A DNA stretch of 64,000 nucleotides from Octopus sinensis (Eukaryota). Within the stretch, counting starts at the first letter, position 1, and every line of letters begins with the position of its first letter. The DNA is taken from contig NC_043022.1 of assembly GCF_006345805.1 (NCBI RefSeq), forward strand, positions 1,302,001-1,366,000, in the 5' to 3' direction. Of this stretch, positions 23,706 through 35,992 are shown one piece after another. The translations under genes and the position numbers were made by a program. Below the pieces are notes generated by a model. That model was not told where the DNA came from. It saw only the letters and a list, made by a program, of their open reading frames with translations, and did not search any database.

Positions 23706-24837
23706 TGTTCTGTTTAAGCTTTGGTTTGTTGTCAGCAATAGGAAATTTTGCCATAAACAATTTTGCTGTAGGAAAATCTGCCGCAAGAGATTTGGTTTAA
23801 ATGACTTCATCACATTTTTGTAATGTTTGATGTTGAATAAAGATTTGCCAATTGAAGACTTTTATAAAACTTTTTATCATTCTTTTGTCTTATTTTTGTG
23901 GTGTTGGCAGTCGGTGTTATGGGACGTGATGAGCTTGTGGTGCTGGTGGAGAGGATGACAGATGAGGTGGGCAGAAGTAGGGCTTGCAGGGGCTGGTGGA
24001 AGACTGCAGGGTGCATGTGTGGCAGGAAGCGGAAGCGGTCAAGCGGGACACACTTGTGGTCATCGACGAAGCGGGCAGTTCGAGCATAGACGTGGAAGTG
24101 ACAGGACGTGTCGACTTTGTAAGAGACCTCTGATCTTCACCGAGGTCAGACCTGTTTGTATTTCTTTCTCCCGTTGCTTCTCCTTCAGTTGTCCTTTTCA
24201 TCCATCACACTACAATTTTAAAAAAGGCTGAAATAATACACTTTATCATTGTTCATACGGTGAATCTGTGGCAAAGTTTCTGCCAGAGAATTTGTCTTGT
24301 GAATTTTTTGAATATGAAATATATACTAAAGGGCCCTGAGCATTGATTTACCCAAGGGCCAAAATGCTGTTAAGGCAGCTCTGGTAAATATGTAACTTCT
24401 CTATAGCACCTCTGCTTGTCCCTGGCATAAAAATCATCTCTCCACCTTCTCAACCTTAGTTGAAAGGACCTTTCCCTTTTCGCTTTACTTGTCTTGCAAG
24501 CAGCATAGTGACCCTACTAATGCTAGAGACACAAAAAGAATACCCTGTACCCACTGTAAAGTGGTTGGTATTAGGAAGGGCCTCTAGCCAAAGAAACCAT
24601 GTCAGAGTTGACACTCAAGTACAACACAGTTCTTGGATCCATTGGATCCAAACCAAATTGTCCAATTGTTGCCAGTGTTGCTTGGGTTGATGGGTCATCG
24701 GTTGTTCTGTGATGGGAACCGGTTCAGTTGGGGCTGCAGGAAGAAGGGACTGAACAACACTTGTGAAGGTTTAACAGAAGATATTATTGTTGCACATAAA
24801 GACAAAATTGCATTGCCTTTTTACAGATAAGAGTAAA

Positions 24838-25285
24838 AGGGTAAAGCCCCCACCTTCAGTCATGAATGACCATGGGATTGCACCTAGAAAGTTACCCTCC
24901 AAGGTACAAGTCCAGGCAAAATTGTTAATGGAAGACAAGGAGTCGCCCATGCATACCAGTGTATATAAAAGTAAAGACTCCCTTCCGTCATGAATGACCA
25001 TGGGATTGCACATTGAAAAATTCCCCTCCGAAGCCCAAGTCCAGGCAAAGCTGTTTATGGAAGACCAGCGGCCACTCATGCATACCAGCCTTGTTTCTCC
25101 ACACCACTAATGTTATCCAAGGGAAAGGCAAAGGGGCTGATACAGCTTGGCACCAGTGATGTCACAACTCACGTCTACAGCTGAAGCGAAAGGGAGCAAT
25201 GTGAAATCAAGAATACAATACACAGACTGGTCTGGGAATCAAACTCACTACCCCATGATTGTGAGCCTGACACTCTAACCACTGG
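24838..25285 (-). mobile_element. SINE family D with an internal ~140-bp duplication
   Basis: TCATGAATGACCATGGGATTGCAC occurs twice (~24859 and ~24988). Confidence 0.7.
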
Positions 25286-25851
25286 AACACCAGTAATTAC
25301 AAACTGGGAGACAGACACTACTTGGAGTTTACAGTAAGGTATTGACACGGCAATGTGTGACTTGTCCAACGTAATTGGAAACAGTTGAGCGACATCCGTG
25401 GTGATGGATGTTCCTTGTTTTAATGTTAACATTGGAAAAATCCACATTTTTCATAAAAAAATTAGGACCTGGGTTTGCATCCCCTTAGCAAATTTTGTTG
25501 CTGGGCCACTGCTTCAGACCCTTGATTTAAATTTTCCCTTTTCATTCGGTGTTTTTTTTCCTCCTGTCTTTAATACACTTTATCCCATCTTTTTATCCTT
25601 CTCCTGAGTTCTTTTGGATATAGACCCCTTTTAGCATTACTTCTTATCATATCTTAAAGCTGCAGTATGGGCAAAAGGCCTTAAATATTGACAACTTTCA
25701 TTTTTTATCTTGTCCTAATTCTGTCGTATTATCGAAAGGCCTCTTGCGTATATATAAAATAACACCTGTGCTATGTTTATGTTTCCGATACTGTCCATTT
25801 TCCCCGTGTATATGTGTGTATGTGTGTGTGTATATATATATGTATATGTAA

Positions 25852-26080
25852 GGCGGCGAGCTGGCAGAACCGTTAGCACGCCGGACAAAATGCGTAGCTG
25901 TATTTCGTCTGCTGTTACATTCAGAGTTCAAATTCTGCCGAGGTCGACTTTGCCTTTCATCCTTTCAAGGTCGATAAATTAAGTACCAGTTACACACTGG
26001 GGTCGATGTAATCGGCTTGATTCGTTTGTCTGTCTTTGTTTGTCCCCCTCTATGTTTAGCCCCTTGTGGGTAAAAAGAAA
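25852..26080 (+). mobile_element. SINE family B
   Basis: GGCGGCGAGCTGGCAGAA...GAGTTCAAATT...GTCGACTTTGCCTTTCATCC...AAGTACCAG. Confidence 0.9.
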
Positions 26081-26144
26081 CATATACATGTATATGTATG
26101 TGTGCGTTTGTGTATATATATATGTTTGGGTGTGTGCATGTATG

Positions 26145-26178
<34 letters not shown>

Positions 26179-26406
26179 CGTATGTATGTGTGTATGTGTG
26201 TGTGTATGTATGTGTGTGTGTGTGTGTGTGCGTGCGTGTGTGTGTTTGTTTTGATATCAAGATTGGAAAAATCCACCTTGTTCGTAAAAAGTTTTTGACC
26301 TGGGTTTGCACCCCCTAAGTAAATCCTGTTCCCGGGCCACTGTTGGCACTTGCCCAAAGTGCCATGCAGAGAGGCGGAACCCAGAACCCCAAAATGAATA
26401 TATACA

Positions 26407-26808
26407 GACGCAGGAGTGGCTGTGTGGTAAGTAGGTTGCTTCCCAACCACATGGTTCCGGGTTCAGTCCCACTGTGTGGCACATTGGGCAAATGTCTTCT
26501 GCTTAAGCATCAAGTTGACTAAAGCCTTGTGAATGGATTTGGTAGACGGAAACTGAAGGAAGCCCGTCGCATATATGTATATATATATGTATGCGTTTGT
26601 GTGTTCGCTGTTTGTCCTCACACCATCGCTTGACAACCGATGTTGGTGTGTTTACATCCCCGTAACTTAGCAGTTCGTCAAAAAGAGACTGCTAGAATAA
26701 ATACTAGGCTTACAAAGAATAAGTCCTGGGGTCGATTTGTTCGATTAAAGGTGGTGCTCCAGCATGGCTGCAGTCAAATGCCCGAAACAAATAAAAGAAT
26801 AAAAGAAT
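26407..26808 (+). mobile_element. SINE family A
   Basis: Full-length family match. Confidence 0.9.
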
Positions 26809-26872
26809 ATATATATATATGTGTGTGTGTGTTTATATATATATATGTGGATATATATATGTGTGTATATAA

Positions 26873-26904
<32 letters not shown>

Positions 26905-26919
26905 ATATACATATATATA

Positions 26920-28620
26920 CACTACCGTCAGAAATTAATTAGCACCCTTGATTTGCTCTTCACTCAAGGTATTTGCTGTCACCTAGTGGCCATATCTCGA
27001 ACTATTGCTTTGTTGCGAATTCACTGTTGCGCAGAACGATGACGTAACTTTGTTTGCAGAGCGGTTTGAGAGTCTACAGCCTAATGATGTTGACATAGCA
27101 GTGCAACAACAACTTGGAGTGCGGATGTAGACAAATCTTCCTTTGTTTTTATAGATATAGGTAGCGCCTCGCAAGGACCGAAATCACACCGTACTAAGTT
27201 TTCTCATCGCGTAAGACGTTTTGAACAGCTCGTAGGTTAATTGATTTGTGCATTTGCAAGATTTTTTTTCCTCACAAATTCTCCTACACTCTGCTTCGTG
27301 ACGTCACTTCCGGTTCACAAAACTTTCTGTTATACATCAAATAAGATGAAAATTCTGCTTTCTTTCTTTTTTGTTTAATGAATATAACTCATAGCAGTTT
27401 TGTTATAGCATAACATTATTCAAATGAATAGTTTTAATGAAAATAACTGGTTTTTATCGTTCATTCCTAAATGAGCCCAAAACCTCGCATGACCTTGGAG
27501 AGACGGTACGAGGCTCTCTCGTGGCGTGGGAAGCTGTCGGAGGCTGCAATAGCCAGAAAACTTGGTGTAGCCAGGCGCACATTCAGTGCTTATTTAAGAA
27601 AACGAGGAAACCGGATCAGCAGCTGACAAAAAGGGTAGGGGACGGAAGAGGCTGACGACCCAGTGGGAGGACTGGATGCTGATCCGAAAGTCACTGTACA
27701 ACCAAAGGGCAACAAGCCAGCAACTGGCGGAGGAGATGCAAAAGGTGACAGGGAAGCAGTTGTCTACAACTACCGTCAAGACCAGATTACTGGAAGCTGG
27801 TCTAAAATCCTGTAGGGCCACCCGTAAGCCGCTCCTTACAGCCCAAAGCCGGAAGAGGCGGCTGCTCTGGGCCTGTGCCCACAAGACATGGACGTGCAGC
27901 AGGGCGGACAGTGATGTTCACTGACGAGTCGCGATTCAGTCTCGTCAGTGACAACCTGTCCATGTGCGACGCCGCAGGGGTGAGCGCTTCAACAAAGACT
28001 GCATTGCTCCCACCATGAAGCAAGGTGGGGGTGGTCTGATGGTGTGAGGGGCGTTCAGCTACAGTGGTGTTGGGCGGCTCTATGCCGTCGAAGCAACATC
28101 AACGCAGCAAAGTACGTTGAGATAGTACGGGATACCTCTTTGGTGGCGAGGAGTACTGCTCCAGCAGGACAACGCGCCTTCCCACAAGCCAAGCTCACAA
28201 CCGGTTTCTTCTTCAAGGACCATGGGTGACGGTCATGGACTGGCCTGGCCAGTCATCTGACCTGAACCCTATTGAGAACCTCTGGAGTCGATTGGGGAGG
28301 AATTTGAATGTGCAGCAATACAGGAACCGACACGAGCTGTGTGGGGCACCTCTTGCTGCATGGGAGGCATCCCTGCACAGTACCTGCAGGCACTCATAGA
28401 CAGCATGCCGACCCGCGTAGCAGCTGTCATTGCTGCCAAAGGAGGAGCAACAAGATATTGACTAAATTTCACGATTAATAACAATTATGTGGTGTGCTGG
28501 GATATGTTTTAATAAATTTTGTTTATTAAACGAGTTCGTTTCTGATAATAAGTTAATAAATTAAGAAATGTAAGCAAATGTAGAAATTTGAGAAGTGCTA
28601 ATTAATTTCCGACGCAAGTG
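26920..28620 (+). mobile_element. full-length decayed Tc1-like DNA transposon (1701 bp)
   Basis: TA-flanked, with 26-bp TIRs CACTACCGTCAGAAATTAATTAGCAC / GTGCTAATTAATTTCCGACGCAAGTG (3 mismatches) and an internal transposase relic. Confidence 0.93.
27471..28461 (+). pseudogene. Tc1 (DD34E-type) transposase, frameshifted
   Basis: MSPKPRMTLERR..., RLLEAGLKSCRATRKPLLT, VMFTDESRF, QQDNAPSH, WPGQSSDLNPIENLW and C-terminal GGATRY*. Several frameshifts and stops. Confidence 0.9.
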
Positions 28621-28622
28621 TA

Positions 28623-28662
28623 CATACATATATATATATACATTTATGTATGTATATATATA

Positions 28663-28710
<48 letters not shown>

Positions 28711-28998
28711 TTATGTATGTATATATTTATGTATGTATATATATATGTATGTATGTATTATACATTATATATATACATATATATATATATATTTATGTAT
28801 GTATGTATATATACATATATATACATACATATATATATATACATTTATGTATGTATATATATATATGTATATATATATATGTATATATAGATATATATAT
28901 ATTTTATGTATGTATATATAATATATATATACATATATATATATTTATGTATGTATATATATATATATTTATGTATGTATATATATATAATACATATA

Positions 28999-29065
<67 letters not shown>
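28623..29065. repeat. (TA)n/(TATG)n microsatellite
   Basis: Directly visible. Confidence 0.95.
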
Positions 29066-29068
<3 letters not shown>

Positions 29069-29199
29069 TCTTTTGCTTGATTCAGTCATCAGATTTCGGC
29101 CATATAACAAGGGATAATGATTCGTTAAATTTAAATTTAAACTTAAATAAAAAGACATGCAAAAAAACAACAAAAAATTTTTTTTTTTCTTTTTTTTTT

Positions 29200-29489
29200 T
29201 TCGCTTCTTCAGCAAAAAAGAGTCGACCGATGCTGGTGAGCTTGGATGATGCCAATGCGCGAATTAAAAAAAAAAAAAGTAAAGTGAAGTGAAGAGAGAG
29301 TTAACTCCCGTTAATGACGATCGGAAGCAGAGGGCGTGCACATAGTTAATGACGTATCGATGCCGTTCAAGGTAAAACGCGAAAAGTAAAGAAATGGTCT
29401 CCGATGAGAGTAAATAACATTTTTGTATAGACCAACCGAGAACCCGTTCAAGCAGTCGCCGGGTGTGTGTCTCTCTCCTCTCCTCAACG
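29200..29489 (+). promoter_or_regulatory. CpG-rich promoter/5' UTR region of the RABEP1-like gene
   Basis: Unique, CpG-retaining sequence immediately upstream of the predicted ATG in an otherwise CpG-poor window. The transcription start site is not locatable. Confidence 0.5.
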
Positions 29490-29544
29490 ATGACTGATCT
29501 CAACGAATTCGGTCCCCTCGAGTCGGCGGAGACGTCGCACAAAG
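29490..29544 (+). CDS. RABEP1: Rabaptin-5-like, predicted first coding exon ([18 protein letters not shown]+G)
   Basis: ATG with A at -3, 55 nt long (phase 1), donor AG|GTCAGT. It joins in frame to the 63858 exon. Assigned by phase and context, not by sequence homology. Confidence 0.65.
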
Positions 29545-29579
29545 GTCAGTGTTAGCGACAGTTTCTCATAACAGACACA

Positions 29580-30263
29580 TACATAGATACATAAGAGACA
29601 CATACATATATATATATATGTGTGTATATATGTATATATATGTATGTGTACTTGTATATAGTTATATAAATATATATATATATATGTGTGTGTGTATATA
29701 TGTGTGTATCTATATGTATATATGGCGATCTTTCGTCTCTAGTAGACCTTTATGTGTGTGTATATATCTATATGTATGTATATATATATGTACTTGTACA
29801 TGTATATATTTATATATATATGTGCATATTGCATGTAATGTTCACGTCACGGACAGGTCTGGCTAGTACTTTAAACATACACACACATATATATACACAC
29901 ATAAACTCACATTCATATATACATACGTTCTATTTCTGCATGTATGCATTCATTCATCATACACACACATATACACCACACATACACAAACATGCTGTAT
30001 ATGCTTGTATATACATAAAAAACCTACATCCACTGTATATATACTCCTGCAGATGTACTCTCTTCCTCTATGTATATATGTATGTGTCTATACTGTGTAT
30101 ATATATATATATATATATACGTCGAATGAGTACACACTGTGTATGTACACGTTACTTCAGTATATATGTGTATATATAACATATATGAAGTATGTATGTT
30201 GTACACTTACATAAAGTATGTTTATACATTTAAAAAGCATATATAAGGTATATATATATACAT

Positions 30264-30352
<89 letters not shown>

Positions 30353-30738
30353 CACATATATATGCATAATGTATACAGACATATCTATATATCATACTAC
30401 ATATGTATGTACAGATCTGTACGTACACATATATATATATATATATAAAACACGTACGGCTTGATGCCCTTCTTGTTGTCAAGATTGGAAGGGCCGTGGG
30501 AAAATCTGCCTCAACAAATTCGATCTGATCAATGCAAGTATGGAATGCTTGTCAAGATAAGGATCACACACACACATATATATATATAATATATATATAT
30601 AATATATATATGTCATAAACATGCATGTATATATACACATTTCTGCATACATATACATTTACATTTTTCATATACATTTATACCACACACACACACACAC
30701 ACACCACATATATATATATATATTATATATATATATAT

Positions 30739-30772
<34 letters not shown>

Positions 30773-30993
30773 TATATATGCATAATGTATACAGACATAT
30801 CTATATATACATACTACATATGTATGTACAGATCTGTACGTACACAGTATATATATATATATAAAACACGTACGGCTTGATGCCCTTCTTGTTGTCAAGA
30901 TTGGAAGGGCCGTGGGAAAATCTGCCTCAACAAATTCGATCTGATCAATGCAAGTATGGAATGCTTGTCAAGATAAGGATCACACACACATAT

Positions 30994-31026
<33 letters not shown>

Positions 31027-31098
31027 GTCATAAACATGCATGTATATATACACATTTCTGCATACATATACATTTACATTTTTCATATACATTTATAC

Positions 31099-31133
<35 letters not shown>

Positions 31134-31166
31134 GGATGTGCTTATGTACATGTGTATATACACATA

Positions 31167-31205
<39 letters not shown>

Positions 31206-31215
31206 TATATATATA

Positions 31216-31261
<46 letters not shown>

Positions 31262-31290
31262 CATGCGTACACAGTCACACATGTATGTAA
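29580..31290. repeat. TA/CA microsatellite block containing a ~416-bp tandem duplication
   Basis: Unique core AAAACACGTACGGCTTGATGCCC...GATAAGGATCAC at 30447 and 30863. Confidence 0.9.
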
Positions 31291-33126
31291 TACTAACCAC
31301 TTGCTCTCATTATTACTCCGAACTGTTGTCAAATGTATGCCTTTTTTTTTTGGTTGTTTTTAAACATTTAATCTTTTACATAATTACACGCAACAGCAAC
31401 AAGAGAAACACTAATTATTATTTGTTGACCGTTAATATATTTATGGTTGATGTCATATTTTAATAGGGGAAGAAATTGTCGGAGGTGAAAAGCGGCTCCT
31501 TTTGAAACGAGAAAGAAAAAAAAAAAAAGCTCTTTCGTAATACACCACAATCGTAATGAGCATTACACGAATGTAATTACTTTATAAATAATTAAATAAG
31601 ACACAAATCGAAAGAAACAGAGCAAGTATATATCCCCCGCCTGTACCTTTGTCTACCGATTATTTTATTTTGAGAGCTGGTACCTATGGATTATTAACAT
31701 TTAATATATCCCTGCATGGAAAATGAGCCATAATAATAATAATATAATAATAATAATACTTTCTGTTATAGGGACAAGATCTGAAATTTGGGGGAAGGAC
31801 TCAATCAATTACATTAACTCCAGTGCTCGACTGGTACTTATTTTATCGACCCTGTAAGGATAAAAGGCAATAATAATGATGATGATAATAATAATTATAA
31901 TTATTATTAACATAGGTGTTATATATATATATATGTTATATATATATATATATATTTTTTTTTTTTCTTTTGAGGGGAGGCATAATTTAATTACATCGGC
32001 CCAGGAGGTAGTTGTCTGGTATTGTGTTAGATCGAACCTGTTCCACTAGCGGAAGGATTTTAAAAAATGATATAGAATGAATATTTGTTCGGGTGAACGG
32101 TGGAGTATGTTAGGGTTGTTAGTGTAGAAACTACTTAATTAAGATAAATTAATCTCATCTTGTGTTGTAATTCAGTTGGTTTTTAATTTTTTTTTCTTTT
32201 CGTTTTCACGATAATCCGTGAATAAGGAAATGAATGGATTGCTGAAAAGAACTGTGGTTGTAGGATAAACGTAAAAAACCAACCGAAACGAAACAGCATG
32301 GATGTGTGTGAGTGTGTGTACATGGGTGTATAATATATATATATATGTGTGTGTGTGTACACATGGAAATACGTGACAAAATAAAGCAAGCTGTCTGAAT
32401 GTGTGTGTTTAAGTGTGTCAGTTATTTGAAATACCTAACATAAAGCAAGGTGTGTGTACGTTTGTGTGTGTGAGGCATAAAAATATGTGACGAAATGAAC
32501 CAACCTTTTTACATATTCACTTTTACGTATTTTGTTAAAAAGAAAACACAATAATAATAATAATAATAATAATAATTTGTTTATTATTGCGAGAAGGGGG
32601 CGGCAGCAGACGAGTAGGATACATTACACAGACATGTTACGAAATGTGCGTCTGGGGGTGGAGAAGGGATCGGGATCTTTGATGATCCATCTGTTATTGA
32701 ACGTAGATCATTGACTATTTCGATCTCTCTCTGGGTCAGGTGTGTCTCTCTCTTATTTTCTTACAACTATTTTCACCTGTTTGTTTTCTGTTCATGGTTG
32801 CATTTCTCTCTTCTCACACACGGTTGAACGCATTCATGCGTGGTCTGGTTTGAACGTGGTTCGTTTCAGGTGCGCGACCTGGCTTTCTTTGTCACGCCTG
32901 CGTAGGTTATAACAATATTTAAGGATTAAAACAAAAAGGTGTCAGTAGTTATAATAATCGTGGTTGTTGTAATAAGTAATTTCTTTTCTAATGAGGATAA
33001 ATGTAGGTTATTGAAAAATTCTTTTGGTATTATGCGAGAACAAAACTGTTTCATTGATGACATACTAAAAAAAAAAAAATGTTTACCTCGTCAAAAGACA
33101 ACGAACGACTCGATACTTGTTGCTAC

Positions 33127-33179
<53 letters not shown>

Positions 33180-33180
33180 G

Positions 33181-33540
33181 GGCGTGTGGTAAGTAGCTTG
33201 TTTCCCAACCACATGGTTCTGGGTTCAGTCCCACTGCGTGGCACCTTGGGCAAGTGTCTTCTACTATAGACTGGGGTCGGCCAAAGCCTTGTGAGTGGAT
33301 TTGGTAGACGGAAACTGAAAGAAGCTCATTGTATATGTGTGTGTGTGTGTGTGTCTGTGTTTGTTCTCCCACCATCGCTTGACAACCGATGTTGATGTTA
33401 CATCCCTGTAACTTAGCAGTTCGGCAAAAGAGACCAATATAATAAGTGCTAGGCTTACAAGGACTAAGTCCTGGGGTCAGTTTATTCGACTATAGGTGGT
33501 ACTCCAGCATGGATGCAGTCAAATCACTGAAACAAATAAG
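33181..33540 (+). mobile_element. SINE family A
   Basis: Family match. Confidence 0.85.
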
Positions 33541-33602
33541 AAAAATGAAAATACATGCATAAATGTAATTCTTTCCACAAATAAACTGCACTTCATATTC
33601 AA

Positions 33603-33676
33603 GGCTCTGATGAAGCTACAAATGGTGTTACTCAAGCACTCAACTATGAGTCTTACAGCAGAAACAGCTGTTAGCT
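33603..33676 (+). ncRNA. candidate minimal type I hammerhead variant
   Basis: GGCT-CTGATGA-AGCT...AGCA-GAAA-CAGCTG-TT-AGCT. Stem I is GCT/AGC, stem III is the palindrome ACAGCTGT, and the cleavage triplet is GUU. Confidence 0.45.
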
Positions 33677-33723
33677 AATGAAGTTCATAAGATAATCGTT
33701 TGTCATATTAATATTATTATCAA

Positions 33724-33945
33724 AGGCGGTGAGCCATCAGAATCGTTAGCATGCTGGGTGAAATGCTTAGTGGTATGTCGTAGCTCTTCACGGTTTGAGT
33801 TCAAATTCAACCAAGGTCGACTTTGTCTTTCATCCTGTTGGGATTGATAAATTAAGTACCAGTTAAACACTGGGGTTGATGTAATCGACTTATTCTCTCC
33901 CTCCAAATTTCAGGCCTTGTGCCTTTAGTAGGAAGGATTGTTATT
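33724..33945 (+). mobile_element. SINE family B
   Basis: Family match. Confidence 0.8.
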
Positions 33946-34317
33946 ATTATTATATACATGTGAGTCTCCAGTTGGTGGAGCTAGTGGACTAGACTAGTGT
34001 GGAGTAGTGTTCATCTATGTGGTTGCTCGATTGCTAAATAAAACAGCCAAAATCACTCCTTAAATGAAGACACCTCACTGTTGCTATCTTCTTAAAGAAA
34101 TAACACACCACATGATATAGGTGGTGATAAAAAACAACAAAAACCTACAGAATCTTATTAGGACAGTGTGGTCATGTCTGGAATGCGTTTGATCAAAGAG
34201 CTGCTTAATCTGAACCTTTAAAGCAGTGATCCTCGAATTTTTTTGCCCCTAGGGCAGATTTCATTTATGGCAATTTTTCCATGGGCTGGGGGATCATATG
34301 CATAACCAAAACACAAT

Positions 34318-34620
34318 CATCATCATCGTTTAACGACCGGTTGGACGGTTCAACTGGGGTCTGGGGAGCCCGAGGGCTGCACCAGGCCAGTCAGATCTGG
34401 CAGTGTTTCTACAGCTGGATGCCCTTCCTAATGCCAACCATTCCGAGAGTGTAGTGGGTGATTTTATGTGCCACCGACACAGGTGCCAGACGAGGCTGGC
34501 GAACGGCCACGCTCGGATGGTGTTTTTGTTTTTTTTATGTGCCACCGACACAGGTGCCAGACGAGGCTGGCGAACGGCCACGCTTGGATGGTGTTTTTTT
34601 ATGTGCCACCGACACGCGAA
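34318..34620 (-). mobile_element. RTE 3' UTR fragment with three ~60-bp VNTR units
   Basis: Same tail as 11447-11700. Confidence 0.85.
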
Positions 34621-34927
34621 ATATACAATTAATTATTACAAATATATTTCAAACATGTATTTTGTGTATTATACATAAAAACTACATGTATGTTAGATTG
34701 CTCTGACGTATGTCAGGTGGCTTTTATGCTGCTGGTAACATGTAGCTTAGTACAACCTGTTGCATGTTGAGGCCATTGATGACGAAACCGGCAACCCCAC
34801 TGAGCTTTTCTGGTGAGGAGGGTAAGTTTTGGACACCCTGCAGGATGAGAAACAAGACCATCACAGGGTGGGAGAACTGGGGAAAGTGAATGGCCAATCA
34901 ATATAGTTAAGGGTAGAGTTAAATGGA

Positions 34928-35370
34928 GGTGCGTGGCTTAGTCGTTAGGGTATCAGCATTATGATTGTAAGATTGTGGTTTCGATTCCTGGACTGGGTGA
35001 CGTGTTGTGTTCTTGAGCAAAACACTTCATTTCATGTTGCTCCAGTCCACTCAGCTGGCAAAAATGAGTAGCGCTGCAATGGACTGGCGTCCCGTCCAGC
35101 TGGGGAACACATACGCCATTGAAACCGGGAAACTGGGCCCATGAGTAAGGTGGCGAGTTGGCAGAAATGTTAGCATGCTGGGCGATATGCTTAGTGGTAT
35201 TTCATCTGCCGTTACGTTCTGAGTTCAAATTCCGACGAGGTCAACTTTGCCCTTCATCCTTTCAGGGTCGATTAAATAAGTACCAGTTAATCACTGGGGT
35301 TGATGTAATCAGCTTAATCCCCTTGTCTGTCCCCTCTATGTTTAGCCCCTTGTGGGCAATAAAGAAATAA
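34928..35370 (+). mobile_element. SINE family D (34928-35145) followed by SINE family B (35149-35370)
   Basis: Two tRNA-like heads and family bodies in tandem. Confidence 0.8.
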
Positions 35371-35583
35371 ATATGGTTAAGGGTAGATGGTTCTCACCTG
35401 TTGCAGTGAAGATAATCCATCTCAGAGAAGGAAATCTTTGAAATAAAAACCATTCAGCAAGGACTTACAACCAATTGATACTATTTTGCACAGAAGAAGT
35501 TATGACATGATGCTAGAGTTTCATCTGTTAACAACTTGTTACATATATTATACTTATATAGTATAATATATGTATACTATATA

Positions 35584-35963
35584 AGTGGCTGTGTGGTAAG
35601 AAGCTTGCTTCCCAACCACATGGTTCCAGGTTCAGTCCCACTGTGTGGTACCTTGGGCAAGTGTTTTCTACTATAGCCTCAGGCCACCAAAGCCTTGTGA
35701 GTGGATTTGGTAGACGGAAACTGAAAGAAGCCTGTCGTATATGTATGTGTGTATTTGTGTCTGTGTTTGCCCCCGCCACCATTGCTTGACAACTGATGTT
35801 AGTGTGTTTACGTCCCTGTAACTTAGTGATTCATCAAAAAGAGGCCGATAGAATAAGTACTAGGCTTACAAAGAATAAGTCCTGGAGTTGATTTGTTTGA
35901 CTAAAGGTGGTGCTCCAGCATGGCCACAGTCAAATGACTGAAACAAGTAAAAGAATAAAAGAA
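35584..35963 (+). mobile_element. SINE family A
   Basis: Family match. Confidence 0.85.
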
Positions 35964-35992
35964 TTACATATATAATATAAACACATTTCATA

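Noticed and set aside
27919-27950. CTGACGA motif with a perfect 10-bp hairpin
   Set aside because: It lies in the Tc1 FTDESRFSLVSD coding region and has no downstream GAAA or stem III, so it is not a hammerhead.
1-29200. Divergent or upstream host gene
   Set aside because: I found no recognisable protein-coding exon; all recognisable coding relics are transposon-derived.
29196-29213. Minus-strand CTGAAGAAGCGAAA
   Set aside because: There is no room for stem II and no stem III or cleavage triplet.
28618-31363. Many Y/I/C/V/H/T-rich ORFs (also at 2316-2652, 20825-21271, 25965-26450 and 58389-59227)
   Set aside because: Artefacts of TA/CA microsatellites lacking stop codons.
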